Shown here: piece by piece, positions 1 to 13,633 of the stretch
Layout of the letters: every line of letters starts with the position of its first letter
How positions within the stretch are numbered: position 1 is the stretch's first letter
Source of the DNA: Schmidtea nova
Lineage: Eukaryota
Length of the DNA: 64,000 nucleotides
Assembly (NCBI GenBank): GCA_044892505.1
Contig: CM097884.1
Coordinates: 156,178,001 to 156,242,000 of the forward strand
Reading direction: 5' to 3'
Notes under the pieces: generated by a model
Database searches by the model: none
What the model was told of the DNA's origin: nothing
The model's input: only the letters and a program-made list of their open reading frames with translations
Made by a program: the position numbers and the translations under genes

Positions 1-864
1 ATGAATCGGTCCTTAAGTTTCGCTTTGATATTAAAAATATTTGAGTTGGTGCCTGAGTGTGTTGATACTATTCGGCAGGTTTCATTCCTCAGGTTTAATG
101 AAACCTCTTCCCATTTCCCTGGTCCTGATTGAATGTTTTACTGGTCCAACTGCAGGGCTGCTGACATTTTCTTGCTCGCTCTCCAAACGTCTTGTGATAG
201 AAGCACAGTTTGCTTGATTCTGGTTTTCTGATTGCTCGTCTGAGTGCATTCAGTTTTTCAAGCAGCATGGAAATCTCGCTGAATTTTTCTTTGTCTTCTT
301 CTGTTACGGCTGTTATGTTGTTTTTCTGACTAGTACATTTATTGAAGGCTATGATTTTGTCGGCTAGCATGGCTAAAGAGTAGAGATTGTTCTCTGGTTG
401 AGATAATAGAGAGGATTGTATGTCCTCTTAAGAACTCTTAAGAATATTTCACGAGCCATTGTGCCATTGGGATCGATAGTATGATCAAATAGCTGAAGAT
501 ATCTTTGGATTTGACGTAGGGCCTCCGTTGGCATTCTATCTCGCAATGATTGTTCCCTCATGATGACTGAAAGAGAGATATTGTTGTTCTGCGTGTAGTC
601 ATCAATGATAGCTGCTTTGAAATTGTTGTATGCCAGAGGGTTATTGCCATCTAGCAAATTTTGAAATTTTGAGAGTGTTTCAGATGGCAGGTTGCATATC
701 AAGTGGAAATATTTAGTGTCCTCCTCTGAGATTCTTGATAATTGAAAACTGGCATCGACTTGAGCAAACCATAGATTCCAATTGGCGAAGGGTGCTGGAA
801 TCTTGACAGAAACATTTGAGAGTTGAAGGCTGCTGACACCATTTATTATGTTATCGAAAGACAT
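1..864 (-). pseudogene. Ty3/Gypsy gag (frameshifted) and start of pol, running off the window edge
   Basis: ORF 373-864 has the N-terminal W..WF.Q.e..F.l..I..e.tky motif of invertebrate Gypsy gag. After a frameshift near 430 it continues in ORF 95-370 (LAMLADKI ... CFYHKTFGERARKCQQPC, the Cys/His motif of this gag class). The -1 frame stays open from 119 to the window edge. Confidence 0.8.
113..119 (-). promoter_or_regulatory. Candidate -1 ribosomal frameshift heptamer G GGA AAT at the gag/pol junction
   Basis: In-frame X XXY YYZ heptamer in the gag codons Q-G-N, five codons before the gag stop. The -1 frame (WEEVSLN...AKLKDRF) is open to position 1. Confidence 0.55.
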
Positions 865-1274
865 AAAACTCGTTTTTTTAAAAAATATATTATTATACTA
901 CAATTTCTAAATTAAAACAAAATATTTTTTTTAAATTTATTTGAAATATTAATTACAAGATAATTAATATTCCATTAAGGTAATAATAAAATCAACTTAA
1001 TAACAGAGCCGTTCTGTACTTTATGGGGCCACCTGCAACAAATTGAAATTGAGCCCCTCAGGTGAAAGTTATTCGCAACCAGTTTTTACTCACATATTTT
1101 ATAACAAATAATATGGCGACAGAAATCATATAAATAATTGACTTGTTGCATACAGTTTGATAACTTTAGAAGTGGTGTTTTCATATGAAAAGAAAGAATT
1201 CTCCAATGAAAAATAATTCTGATTTGGATGAATTGATAAAAGATAGTTGAATAGGTTGACGAAGCTTAAAATTT

Positions 1275-3295
1275 CGTTACCCCGTCAAAATAGCCCAGGA
1301 CAAAATAGCCCCGACAAAATAGCCCAGAAAAAAAAACTCAATTTATTGGAATTGTCAACATTTATTAATGAAATACAAAAAGCTGAAATGATTGAAACGT
1401 ATCCAAATCATCTCTGTATCGGTAATGAAACCAATCTATAAACATTATTATAATCTGATCTAATGGTTCACGAGGTTAGGTCAATAAACTTGTTTTAGAG
1501 TCAAGTTTACAAACATTAAAATAAAGTATTATGGATGGGAGCTGTCAATCAATCACTGAATCGTGCAGTACAATTAAAAAACGGTGCGATCATAAAGAAA
1601 ATCTTAATCAATTGAGTCAATAATTGCATTTTAATTTAAATAAAATTCGACCTCAACAACTAACTATGGAGCAAATAAAATCTCAGAAAGGAAAAGAGTT
1701 GCTATTAAACGATGGATTTCGCTATCGCAAGGCGAGAGTCAATGCTGATGGAAGTGCATCGTGGAGATGTGTCGAGGCCAATTGTAAAGGAAGACTGAAG
1801 GTAGTTGAAGATTCTGCCACAACGATTACCGAGCATGGTCATCCAGCTGACTTTTCGAAGAACGAAGCTGCCAAGTCAGTTGCAGGGGTGCAGAGACGTT
1901 CTGCTGAGGGCGTTGAAAAACCTCGTCAGATAATTCAACAAAGCACTGGAGGGATTTAGCTTGAGGCAGCACGACAACTACTAACATATACAGCATCTCA
2001 AAGGGCAATCGAATGAACACGGAAGAAAATCCAGAAGCCGTATCCTAATCCAGCTACCATCGCGGAAATTGTCATCCCAGGTGCTCTCAGAAGTACTATT
2101 AGAAATTCGAATTTCATTCTGTGGGATTCTGGAGAAGATGATGTCAATCGAATACTGATGTTCGGAACTGAAGAAAATCTTGTGATTCTAGAGCATCATC
2201 GACTTTGGTTCATGGATGGAACTTTCAAAGTGGCACCAGAGATGTTCTTCCAAGTCTTCACCATTCATGCATTGGTTGATAAATCAGCCCTACCTTTAAT
2301 CTCCGTTTTTCTACAAGACAAGAGTGAGGCATCATACATTCAGGTTTTCCAGAAAGTTTGCCAGCTAAAGCCAATATTTAACCCGCTAAGTATGATGGCA
2401 GACTTCGAAAAAGCCAGCCGGAATGCCGTGAGACATGTATTCCCAGCAGTTCAACTGGTTGGATGACTTTTCCATCTCAGCCTATGTTTATGGAGGAAAG
2501 TGCAGGAGCTTTATCTGGCTGAACGCTATCGTGACGATAAAAACTTCCGCGTACACATCAAAATGGTATTGGCCTTGAGCTTCGTTCCAAGTGTTGACGT
2601 CACAGATGCATTCGAAATGTTGGTGGAAAGTAGTCCAAAGGGAATGGAAACAGTTTTCGATTACTGGGAAGACAACTATATTGGACGACAATGAAGGAAC
2701 CACAGAGCAGCACATCTGTTTGCCGTCAATCAATGGACCATCCGTGATCGCGTCACTGATGGTTTGCCTCGAACGAATAATTCGGTGGAAGGATGGCATT
2801 GCAGCTTCCAACAAACAATAGACTGTCATCATCCATCAGTCTTCAAACTCATTGGACAGTTTCGGAAAGAACAGGATAAAGTGGAGATTGAAATCGCCCG
2901 TTTCCAGGCTGGCAACAGACAACCGGAAGCATCGAAGGGTAAATACGAGCAACTGAATCGACGTCTCCGTAATCTGGTTCCAACATACGATGACACAGAA
3001 TGTCTTGAATATCTTCGCAGAATTGCTTACAATCTGGCGATTTAAACTACTTTATTAACTTTTTTAATAGAATGATAAAATAAAAAGTTATTTAGTTGCA
3101 ATTTTTTAATTTTCTAGTAATCTCAATAAAATAGCTTTTTTAAACTTTATTAAACTTTTTGAGCCTTTATTTCATTAATAAATGTTGACAATTCCAATAA
3201 AATGAGCTATTTTGTCGGTGCTATTTTGTCGGTGCTATTTTGTCGGGGCTATTTTGTCGGGGCTATTTTGTCCTGGGCTATTTTGACGGGTTACG
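1275..3295 (+). mobile_element. Mutator-like (Phantom-type) DNA transposon
   Basis: Inverted termini ~1275-1375 and ~3170-3295 are built of 14-bp subrepeats (GACAAAATAGCCCC) plus a shared ATTGGAATTGTCAACATTTATTAATGAAATA block. They enclose a FLYWCH+MULE transposase. No convincing TSD was seen. Confidence 0.85.
1666..3045 (+). pseudogene. FLYWCH + MULE transposase with four in-frame stops
   Basis: Four track ORFs lie in one frame: FLYWCH-like (GFRYRK...WRC..NCKGRL...H.H), WFMDGTFK, MMADFEKA, G*LFH (GC.FH motif) and PRTNNSVEGWH. Stops are at 1957, 2014, 2464 and 2692. Confidence 0.88.
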
Positions 3296-4878
3296 GGAAA
3301 GAACACAGCTGCATAACCAACTCCCGGTAATAAAGGTAAGATAATAGGACAGGCGGGAATCAAAATCGCGATGATGGAAATCAACTACAAATATAGGATA
3401 TAAAAATTGACTGGGACACGATTTAAAAAATAAAAAGGCAATATGGCTCGAGAAACGAACAATAATTGATGCAAACTAGTTATTTCGGCTATGCCCGATA
3501 ACACTCAATAAAATCTCTATAATAAAATTCTATAATGTGAAAATTATTCAACTGTGTGTTAGCGGTGTGCTTACAATGAATAAAATCTTCATTATCGCAT
3601 ACACCGTATAACGATGAGCAGCATCTCCTATAATATAAAATGAGATTATACTATAGAAATTTCAAACACTCACCTGTGTGTGATCGTTGTTCTAACATTG
3701 AGTAACATCTTTTATTAGACAAAAAGGATAGAAAGATTTTGTAAAACACAAAAGGCATTATTTAGTAAAATATGCTTGCAAACTTTTAATGGGTGCTAAT
3801 TTAATCAATCACTAGCATCCAATTATAAATCTTCCGCACACAAAAAATTGGTATCTCCTTCCTTTTAATTATTTTTTATCGATTTTTAAAATGAAATTAA
3901 AAACAAAATCATTGAAAAAAAATATCTTTCAAGAGGACATATTGTAAGACTTATTTTTCATTTAATAATTAATTAAATTTTTTTATAGCAATTCCGATAA
4001 TTCTGAAAGCTCAACGTTAAGCTTTCGGGAAAACAATCAGCCAAATTTGTAAAAATTATTTTTTTAATATATAATTAAATCAAAAATTTTGGAAATAATT
4101 AATTTTTTTCCAATTTGTAATGAAATTCTGTAATTATTGTTTTTATGGCATATTTGTGTTGTAACGTGTTTTCTTGATGTGCTTTTGTTCATTTTTATTC
4201 TTAGATGTGTTTTATTTATTTTTTGATGGGTTTTTGATAGTAATTTGTTTAGTTGGTGTTTCTCTTTGCTAATTTTAAATTCACTTCTTGTGCGATCTCT
4301 ATGTGCTATCTTCCCACTGCGTTTAAACAAAAACTTGTTCGTTTGAATCTTGGCCCACAATTTCACATAAAAAATTATTTTGCAATGGAGAGATTAGCAA
4401 TTTCAAAAAATTTGTTAAAGATAAATTAAAAATAATCCATTGAATCTAATGATAAGCAGTATATTAGATTCTAGACTAATTTTCAATACACTTGAAATTA
4501 TTTTTCACCTAGTTACTCATTTAAATTCATTTCAGGAATCACAAAATTATTTAACAAAACAGAAATTTCATTATTAATTAGAAAATATTATAAAAAATAC
4601 AGGAATAACTCATGTTGAACAATTTGGTAAACTTATATTTTCACAACAATATGCAGCTATTTCCAAGAACTGCCTTTTTTGTAAAGACATAATGAAATTA
4701 AAACTTTAAAACTCATTTAAAAATAACAACATATTAATTACAAATATTAATTAAACACAAAAATAAATATTATACGCAATTTAGGATAAATTAAGAATAA
4801 ATTTGAAAGCATTGTTTTAATAATGATAATATATTGTTTCAAATTTTAAATTACAAAACAAACAATTTTTAGACAAAA

Positions 4879-5366
4879 ATGGTGTTAATAATGGGATTAG
4901 AAGGTTCAGCTAATAAAATCGGTGTTGGAATAGTGCTAGATGGAGAAGTTCTATCTAATCCGAGGGAAACGTACATCACACCGCCTGGGGAAGGTTTCCA
5001 ACCATCAGAAACAGCTAAACACCACCAATCACAAGTGATTGGTCTCATCCAACGGGCCCTACTAGAAGCAAATGTCCAATCGAATGATATTGATGCGATA
5101 GCGTTTACAAAAGGTCCAGGAATGGGTGCACCATTAGTTAGCGTTGCTGTGGCAGCTAGAACAATCAGCCAGTTGTGGAACAAGCCGCTAATAGGAGTGA
5201 ATCACTGTGTCGGACACATCGAAATGGGCAGACAAATCACCGGGGCCATCAATCCAATTTGCCTGTACGTGAGCGGTGGCAACACGCAAGTCATTGCTTA
5301 TTCTGCTAATTGTTATCGAATTTTCGGTGAGACAAATGATATAGCAATTGGAAATTGTCTAGACAG
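4879..5366 (+). CDS. OSGEP: tRNA N6-adenosine threonylcarbamoyltransferase catalytic subunit (KEOPS Kae1), exon 1
   Basis: [45 protein letters not shown] and [14 protein letters not shown] motifs. The exon ends AG|GTAATT (phase-2 donor). Confidence 0.97.
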
Positions 5367-5852
5367 GTAATTCACATCATAATTTGCCGAATATTTCTTT
5401 ATATTACTCTATTTCCATTTATTATTACTAATAATAATCAATATGCCTTGACAATTAATCAATAATTACAAACCAATTGTCGATAATTAGCATTAATATT
5501 TGTTATTGATTATTTATATTTATTGCTATAAAACTGTTGGAGAAATAAAAAAATCCATAAATCACATTTGACCATAAATGAAATTTATTGATTTCAATTT
5601 CCATGATTATTGATTATTTCATATTGCCGATTGTCACTGCATCATAAAATTCTTTCAACATGTTTTAATCAACATTTCACAGCTAGTTTCAATCGGAATT
5701 CTTTCGTAAACTATCTCATTCCACGCGTCGCGGTGGAAACCAGTGACAAATGGAAGAGCACAAATTTATATTAAAAATTCAAATTATAAATTGATCTTTA
5801 ATTTTCCTGTAAAATTTATTGCATAAATTAGGTAAAAATGATAAAAAAAATT

Positions 5853-7121
5853 GGCTAAATCCTAGAATAGCTTGTTTTAAATAAAATAACTTGTTTTATA
5901 AAAAATAGCTTGTTTTAAACCGAAATACAAAGATTCAAAAAAAATGTTAAAAAGGACCTTCAATATTTTTATGACCATATTAATTGTTAAAATCAACTAT
6001 TAAATAACACCTAACATAAATTTACTCAATAACTAACTCACGAAAACATAAAAGTAATTCGTTAAATACACGAAACTTTTCACAATTACGCCGAAATAAA
6101 AACTCGGAGAGATAACCAGCTAAATGAATTTCACGAGTGCCAAATTGATTTTTCAGTTTTCGTTTTGCATGCGACCAAGTGGATTCAATATTTTGTGTGT
6201 GCACTGAACGGTCATCGGGAGACACAAAATTAAGTGAATGATTAACGACAACATGGTTATAATCGGTATTATTTTGAAGTTGCCGGTAACTTGCCCATCC
6301 ATCGCTGATTACTCTCGTCCCAGGAAGAATCCGTGAAGTTATTATCCCCAAAAGTGTTTCGGCGTTCCTGTTTTCAACGGAAATCAGAAAGCAGCGTCCG
6401 CTAACTCGCTCATAAGCGCCGAAAACCCACCTCGACCCACGAAAACGACCTCGATTGTATTTTCTTTTAGAAAAACAGGATTCGTCAATTTCGACTTCAA
6501 TCGCATCACCGCCTTCACTGACACCACCTAAAAATTCCGTCGTTCGTGATAGGGCCAAACCGCACAATTCCCGCATATTTTTGCATTTTTCGGTCAAAGT
6601 ATTCTTGTTCAATGAAACATCTTCATATATTTCATCTTGCGTAAGATTTTTCGTCCATAAAAATTAAAGCATCATTTCATCTTTGAAGCTTAATTTACTA
6701 TCGGAAAAGTAACTATTTTTCCTAACGGAGAAAGCTTTACGGCATGGCAGACTACATGACCATGAATACCCATCAATACATTGTGCATTTTTAACAAGTT
6801 TCATGGACATTTTACATGTTTCACATGACCTTGTATTTGCAACAAGGCCGTAGCTAGCCATCCATTCCAATTGTAACAATTTCGATTGTGAAAATATGCC
6901 ATGCAGCGTGCTGGTTCTGATCTTGACGCTTTGCACGAGCGCAGAAGGCAGTACCGAATCGCTTATGTTCAATTTATTGTGTGGTTTTGACATGGGAACA
7001 CGAATATTAAATTTATTTAATTAACTTTTTAAAAGCGATATATATTTATATCGCGTTAAAACAAGCTATTTTTTATAAAACAAGTTATTTTATTTAAAAC
7101 AAGCTATTCTAGGATTTAGCC
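5853..7121 (-). mobile_element. Merlin (IS1016/ISXO2-like) DNA transposon
   Basis: ~66-bp TIRs start GGCTAAATCCTAGAATAGCTTGTTTTAA and contain internal AGCTTGTTTTA subrepeats. The flanks give only an imperfect TSD. Confidence 0.9.
6022..6993 (-). pseudogene. Merlin DDE transposase with one in-frame TAA (6664-6666)
   Basis: N-terminal CxxC...C..C zinc ribbon (CETC...CSLPCRKAFSVRKNSYF), then VEIDES, GTRVISDGWASY and HTQNIESTW. The two track ORFs are in the same frame. Confidence 0.9.
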
Positions 7122-9366
7122 ACAAATTTAATTAATAATTATAAATTGATATTTGTATTGATTATTCAATTATTCATGTATATTGACATTATTAATAATT
7201 ATGTCGACATATTTCATTTTTAATTATAATTTTTACTATCTATATATAATTTCCACTGGAAACAATTGATTACGAGGAACCCTAGTGCCAATAATTTACA
7301 TTTATATTTTCTGTCGATTCATTATTTGCACAATAATTGATGTAAAACTGTTACAGAACATAATGATCAATAAATCGAATTTGACCAAAAATGATAGCTC
7401 AATTGATTTATTTTGACATTTTTTACCGATAATTTCACGCTTTCGATTGACATTAATTCTAAATAGGATATTTTTCGGTTGTTTGCCACCCACTTTTATT
7501 TCACCTATGAATCTATGTACGTAATGAACTTTATTCACATTGTTGATCGAAAAATGGCAATTTTCAGTTATCTGCCTCCCATATAATCGAACTACAAAAT
7601 ATTCTTGTATTTAACCAGAACCCAAGAATAATGTCATCGTATTTATATTTTTGATGCCACTTAAGTAATCATTGAGTAGGATCATACAGTTCCACAGTGC
7701 GTTCGTATTTTCAGCACCAGTCTGGGATCTACGGAATGCTCAGCCTTCAAATGACCACATTCTCCAAGCATATCAAACGCTTTCCACTCATCCAACATAT
7801 AATGTCCGTTCCACGTTTAATAATGAACGATTTTTCGAAGGCGGGTATCCAGAAGTACTTGATTTTTGGATCTATAAATCCTTTTTTGTAAACTAATCTC
7901 TCGCGACCACTTTAATTAAAAAACCTGTCATTGTCGTAGTGATATTCACGAGTATATTGAAAAAATTGAATGACAAAACTAGTAATGTGGAAAGATTTAA
8001 ACAGCGTACGTATATTCCTAGTCTAGACATGCAATAAAAGTGTTTGTTGCTAGATGTGGAGAATGTGGAAACAACTAAGTGAGCGGTAGTTAACCAAAAA
8101 GAACGCAAATTAAAAATTAATCTTTTTAATTTTTACTAATAATTTCACGTTTATTGCTTAAATTATCTAGAAATGATAATATTTTTAATTAATTAATCTA
8201 AATTGATATTTGTATTGATTATTAAATCGGCATATTTATCCTTCTATTTCTCTATTAATAATGATTCACAATCACATTAATAAATTAAATTAGTTTCAAA
8301 TGCAGAAATCTGAAAACAAAATACTTTTCAACGTGAAAAATTTGTTCCAATAGGATTTTTTAAATATTTTTATTGTTGAGAAAATGAGTCTATTGTCTAC
8401 TACTAATGTCTGCTAAATACATTTTTGGTACTCGAATGTTAATTCACTCAAATTAAAAACTCAAAATAATACAGAGGAATGTTATGCTTCCTATTTTGAA
8501 AGTTTATAAGTGCTGATAGTTTTGATGTATTGATTTGATGTAACAATTTGAACAGTATTAGCCATAACGCTTCTTGTATTCATAGAATCTATTAATTGAA
8601 ATATGTTGATTTCAGATAATTCGTTTGTTATCATATTTACGATGATATGTCTAAACAAAATAATTAATTTGTCTGAGGAGTTTCGACAAATAATAATTAA
8701 TTCAATATAAAATCACACACACATATGTTATGGTTGAATTATTGTTATTTCTTCTTTCGAGCACATAGTGACCCCCTTTGCTGCTAATATATTGTTATTT
8801 TCGTGATGCCTGCGTGTATTTTTTTCGTACTATTATTATTATAATTATTATTATTTATTTTATTGTATAAAACGGTGATTCCTTGGTAGCAGCATTAAGT
8901 ATTAAATTAATTAATAAATAAGTAACAAAATAAGCCTTTGCTGCAAAAATAATTTTATTAAATGAGAAAATTTTCGATTATCAAATAATCCTCGTCAATC
9001 TCTAATTTGGCAAATAACTGGTATCTTCATTCATTCAGTTGTTTCTTTTTTCGTGATTTCTCTTCCTTTTCATTGGATGTTAATCTGATTAATAAATTTT
9101 TTAAATTCTTTGTTTTTTTAAATGTTTAAAAATTTAAAAATATAAAATAAAAACTCCAAAATTTTTAAAAATTTTTTTCTAAATTTCTTTTCGAATAAAT
9201 AGATTTATCCTTTTTTTTAAATTTAAAATTTTTATTGTCTGCATTCTACATTTTTAATTTTCTAACCCTTAATATTTGATTTTATTTTTTTTTATAATTT
9301 TACAATTTAATTATAATATATCTCTTTGAAAAGCCCATAAATTCTCTGTACTATCACTTTTCTTTC

Positions 9367-9441
9367 TCCATTTTTTTATATCTTCCTTTTACTTTTAAAT
9401 AAGAAAGTATAAAAGTAAAAGGAAGATATAAAAAAAATGGA
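9367..9441. repeat. Near-perfect ~31-bp inverted repeat with ~12-nt loop
   Basis: TCCATTTTTTTATATCTTCCTTTTACTTTTA ... TAAAAGTAAAAGGAAGATATAAAAAAAATGGA, with one extra A in the right arm. Confidence 0.85.
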
Positions 9442-12400
9442 AAAATCTCGAGAAATACTAATCCAGAAACGTGAACTCTACTGACAAAGTTCATTTTTCA
9501 AGAACAATAGAAAATACCAATTCCATACCAACAAGCACATAATCACGAAAATGAGACCAACGATTTGATCCGTTTGTTATAATCCGCGAGGAAGATCGTT
9601 GACCTTTATTTATCTTGCTATTAATGATAAAAGTTGTTGTTACATTCGTTCATTATTATTTGTTACGGTTTATTACATAACATTCTATACATACACAATC
9701 ACTCACAAACACAAAATAAACATAGCATCCACCCCAGCTGTCCCGAGAGATTTTTACTGGTGACTCTGCTGTGCTCTACAATTTCTTGACAATACAAATA
9801 AAATACTACGACATAAATAATAGAACATAATAACATCACAACTCAAATATATTTATTTGCCCATAATGTATTAGTCAACTTATTTGGAATTACAAGAATT
9901 ACCTAAATGAAACAGTTTAGCCGCACAATTCCCAAAATGTTTAGTCATTCCAAATAAATAGACTAGTATACCACATAAGTTTATTAAAGCAGCATACCGT
10001 TTTAATTATCTCAATGAGTTACTTCTTTTGAGATAAGAATTTATGTTTTATTAAGGCATTTTAAAAACATAAGTTTAGTTTTGAATTATATTTAATTACT
10101 TGAGAAAGTAGAGAGTGAAGGGATGATGAAAGAAAACATTACAAATAGTTCTGAAAATGCAATTCTTAAAGTGTTTAATTCTTTGCCAATTAATTTTAAG
10201 TCAATGCAATCACTTGGAATAGCTCTTCTTACATTTTCGGATCATCTTATGCTTGTGAATATCTGTTTTACACATTGCATTTTATTAAATCAGACAAAAG
10301 AAATAGACTTTCAGATGACTTGGGTGCTGCATGTGTTGCACTCAAATTAACGAAATATAAGCCATCATTTAACAAGTTATCTGATCCTTCACAACAATAG
10401 ATAATTGTAATTCAACATTTTTGTTAATAAAAATGATAAAAATACTCATCTAAAAGTCGTTTTTATTTATTGAAAAGTAACTGTCATGTTTATAAAAATG
10501 CTGGCACATTAGGATAGATGAAGTCATTTCGTGTTGCAATTGTGGCACGCAATCTCTAAAAGGTTCTCTATCACTGGCCTATATAATCAAGCCAAGTTAG
10601 AATATTAGAATATTAGTTGTATTTTCAGTTGAAAATGAAAAAACAAATAAAATTAAACCAACTGACAATTATTTTAGGAAAATTTATGCAAATTTTAATG
10701 TAATCATAATAAATGATTTTTTAAACTTGTCAACTTTTATTCCAATTTTGGTAACTAAGAGTTAATGATACACATTTAGTGGATCTGTTTTAGATGCTTC
10801 AGAATTAACAAAATATGCAATTTCAACAGCTTCTATTTCTCATGTACTCTTATTATCAATATTGTAATAAAATTAAGGAACAGCGTTTTTTGAGCTACTA
10901 AATAAAATCATAGGATTCCATGACAGCTGACACCGTGAGACAATTGACCCATGTTACAATTGAACCATTCTTAAAAATATTAAACTGACGATAATCCTTT
11001 CATGAGTCATGAAGAATTATGCCGATCTACTACTCAGGAATTGCAAACTTGAAATCGGACTTAAATTTTAGACATTTGTGCTTGTACCTCCATGTATACA
11101 TTCATTTCATTGTGGACTGTCTCAATAACATTCTTTGTATTAGCGCCAACATAATTCACTTTGCTCTTCATTTTGTGCGTTGATATTTTATGTATAAGCC
11201 ACACACACATATATATATATATATATATTATCCAACACAATAACTTTTATTTGAGTTTAACACAAAATTTACAATTATCAATAAAACTTTTCTCTATCTG
11301 CTATTTCCTATGTTTGATATAAGTCCTCCTAAAAGGAAGATTGCCTTTTCTGGTATGGACTATTTGATTGGACTAATATTATTATATTTACACGTTCTAA
11401 TATGCTAACCTCTTCGTTAATTCTGAATCGCCCACAACAAAATATTTATCTTCGACCAACTGAAAATTTGTTAAATTTCGATTTTTTATATATAGTTCTT
11501 TTTTACAGAACAAAATCATTAGATTAGAACTTAACGGGAGAATTTCCTATGAATCAACAAAATAATTAGTTATCTATCAAAATACAACGGCGATCGGCTC
11601 CAAATAATATGATTTATTTAACAGCTACTGCCCTGGCTCTCCATGCAGCTCGGTTTCCCATTAGATAATTAATTTTTTAATTAGTTAGCATTTTCTTAAA
11701 ATTTATTTGTGAGAACCCTCCATTGATTTTGTTTTATTATAATTGAATTCATCTAATCACCAGACCCATTTCTGTTCCCCCGCTAAATATTTAATTTAAT
11801 TAAGTTTTGCACTTTATTTGTTTTTTTGAATTTTGTGATTTTATTGATTTGCAAATTGTTTTCTGTGCATTTTATTTTTTATGCATTTTTAGTCAAATCC
11901 CAACAAAAACAGACACATGTTTTAATTTATTGACATCTAAACTTCGTTATTTTAAAAACACCTTCGATATCTAGTTAATTGTTCTATACTTCGAACAAAT
12001 TTAAAAAATTTTCATACTCCTTTGTCTTGCAATTTTTGCCTGCGTTCTTTTGCCGGCTGGTCTTTAAACGACTGTAACAAATTTATTTCTTATTTCTGTT
12101 TTTTTAACAGGAACCTCTAGCCTTGCTAATCACAATAAAATTATCATTTTCTATTGAATCCCCCAGTGTCATCTGCATTGTCTGTCAAATCGCACAATTG
12201 CCAACTCAATGTTACATCTCGGATTGTGTTCCCATGTCTTTCAACTTTGTAATAATTATCGTAATAAAATCTCTTAAATTTGTTGAATTTGTGGGACGGT
12301 TTCGACTTGACCCGTTTTGATTGGGTAACAATGTAATTTAATTTCTTGCACAATTAAAAGTAATAAAATTCATTTATAAAACATCTTTCGTATAATTGCT

Positions 12401-13018
12401 GCAAATTTATTCTTTTAACAGGGATTTTTGGAAAAATCTTTTGATATCATAAAATAAATTGTCAGATTTTTTAAACTTTATTGTTTTAGCAAAATTGTTA
12501 GATGACAGGAAATTTCTATATGTAACTAAATTGTTAACTGTCAGACATTATCTTACAATTTTAATTTACTAAACAATAGTAGATGCTGAATATAATATTT
12601 CATATTATTGGATATGTGATATTTAATGTTGTTGCTACGGAAATATCTTTTAATTCATATTTTTTTATGATATATTTTAAAATTTTAAAATTGGCGTTAT
12701 GACATTGTGAAACTATAATTACACGTATTCAATTTACCACTGTACGCAAATATTTATTAGCATCAGTGGACAATGATTAACTTCAATAAATTTTAGAAAA
12801 AGTGTTTCATATTGTCTTAGAAAAAATCGGTTAGTTGTTATTTCTTAGTTTTGATGTTTCTGCTAGTTTTAATATTTTTCATTTTCATAAAACTTTGAAT
12901 CCATTTTTTTTCCTTATTCCTTATTCCTATTTATTTTTCACCCAACGGCTCCTCAGATGCCTTGTCAACTCTATTGCTTCATAGTATGTATAAAATAAAT
13001 ATTTAATTAAATATTTAT

Positions 13019-13300
13019 TACATATTTTTAAAAATAAATATAGATCATTTTGAACAATAAGGCATAAATAAAAATTACTCCATTCATAAACTTTAAAAAT
13101 CTAACTTATAGAATTTCAGAAATTGACCGAAGAAAGCCATAAAAATGATGTAAATTATTTCATTTGGAATTTAATTAAGAATCAATTATAAATTCTTTAA
13201 GATCGAGTATATATCGACTTAATTATCTATTATGATAAATAATAATTTAAATCAAGTCATAAAATTCTAAAATTTATATTAATATCACATGATTAAATAT
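13019..13300. repeat. Dispersed direct repeat (~280 bp), second copy at ~19324-19600
   Basis: Both sites share TACATATTTTTAAAAATAAATATAGAT...GAAATTGACCGAAGAAAGCCAT...AATCAAGTCATAAA. Confidence 0.8.
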
Positions 13301-13633
13301 TTAATTAGTTTTTTTTGCTGTAACATCAAAAACTTCTTTTTAAATATTACTTGACTGTTTAACATCATTTTATAATTATCATTTCTATATCTACATTTGC
13401 GAATTCATTGTTTTCAAAAATTATTTCTAATTTTAAATATAAACTTTCTAGGGGTAATTTAACTTTATGCTCCAATAACATATTCAATTTTATAGCTTCG
13501 ATGAAACAAGTCAAACAAGATTGAGAAGTTTGAAAATATTCCTAATGTTCTTTACCAAAATATTAAATTTTCTAAAGTCCGTCATTTTCAAAATCATTCA
13601 ATTAGTATGAATCAGCAAATTAAGCAGCTGAAG

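Noticed and set aside
1247-1441. 64-aa ORF with QNSP repeats
   Set aside because: It is a translation of the Phantom TIR subrepeats.
4879-5370. Bacterial tsaD, or a truncated gene
   Set aside because: The motifs are the eukaryotic Kae1/OSGEP type, and the missing half is found as exon 2 with canonical in-phase splice sites.
5716-5745. Helitron 3' end (hairpin TTCCACGCGTCGCGGTGGAA then ACCAGT); similar CTAGT at ~7280 and TC-start-like motifs at 3510-3690
   Set aside because: The terminus is CCAG rather than CTRR, and no matching 5' end or Rep/helicase could be linked.
10380-11200. Possible decayed hAT remnant (CAGTGATAGAGAACC-like end near 10577)
   Set aside because: No partner TIR, TSD or readable transposase motif was found.
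12144-12353. Possible piggyBac transposase fragment (FYYDNYY...GNTIR)
   Set aside because: The match is too short and degenerate, and there are no TTAA-flanked termini.
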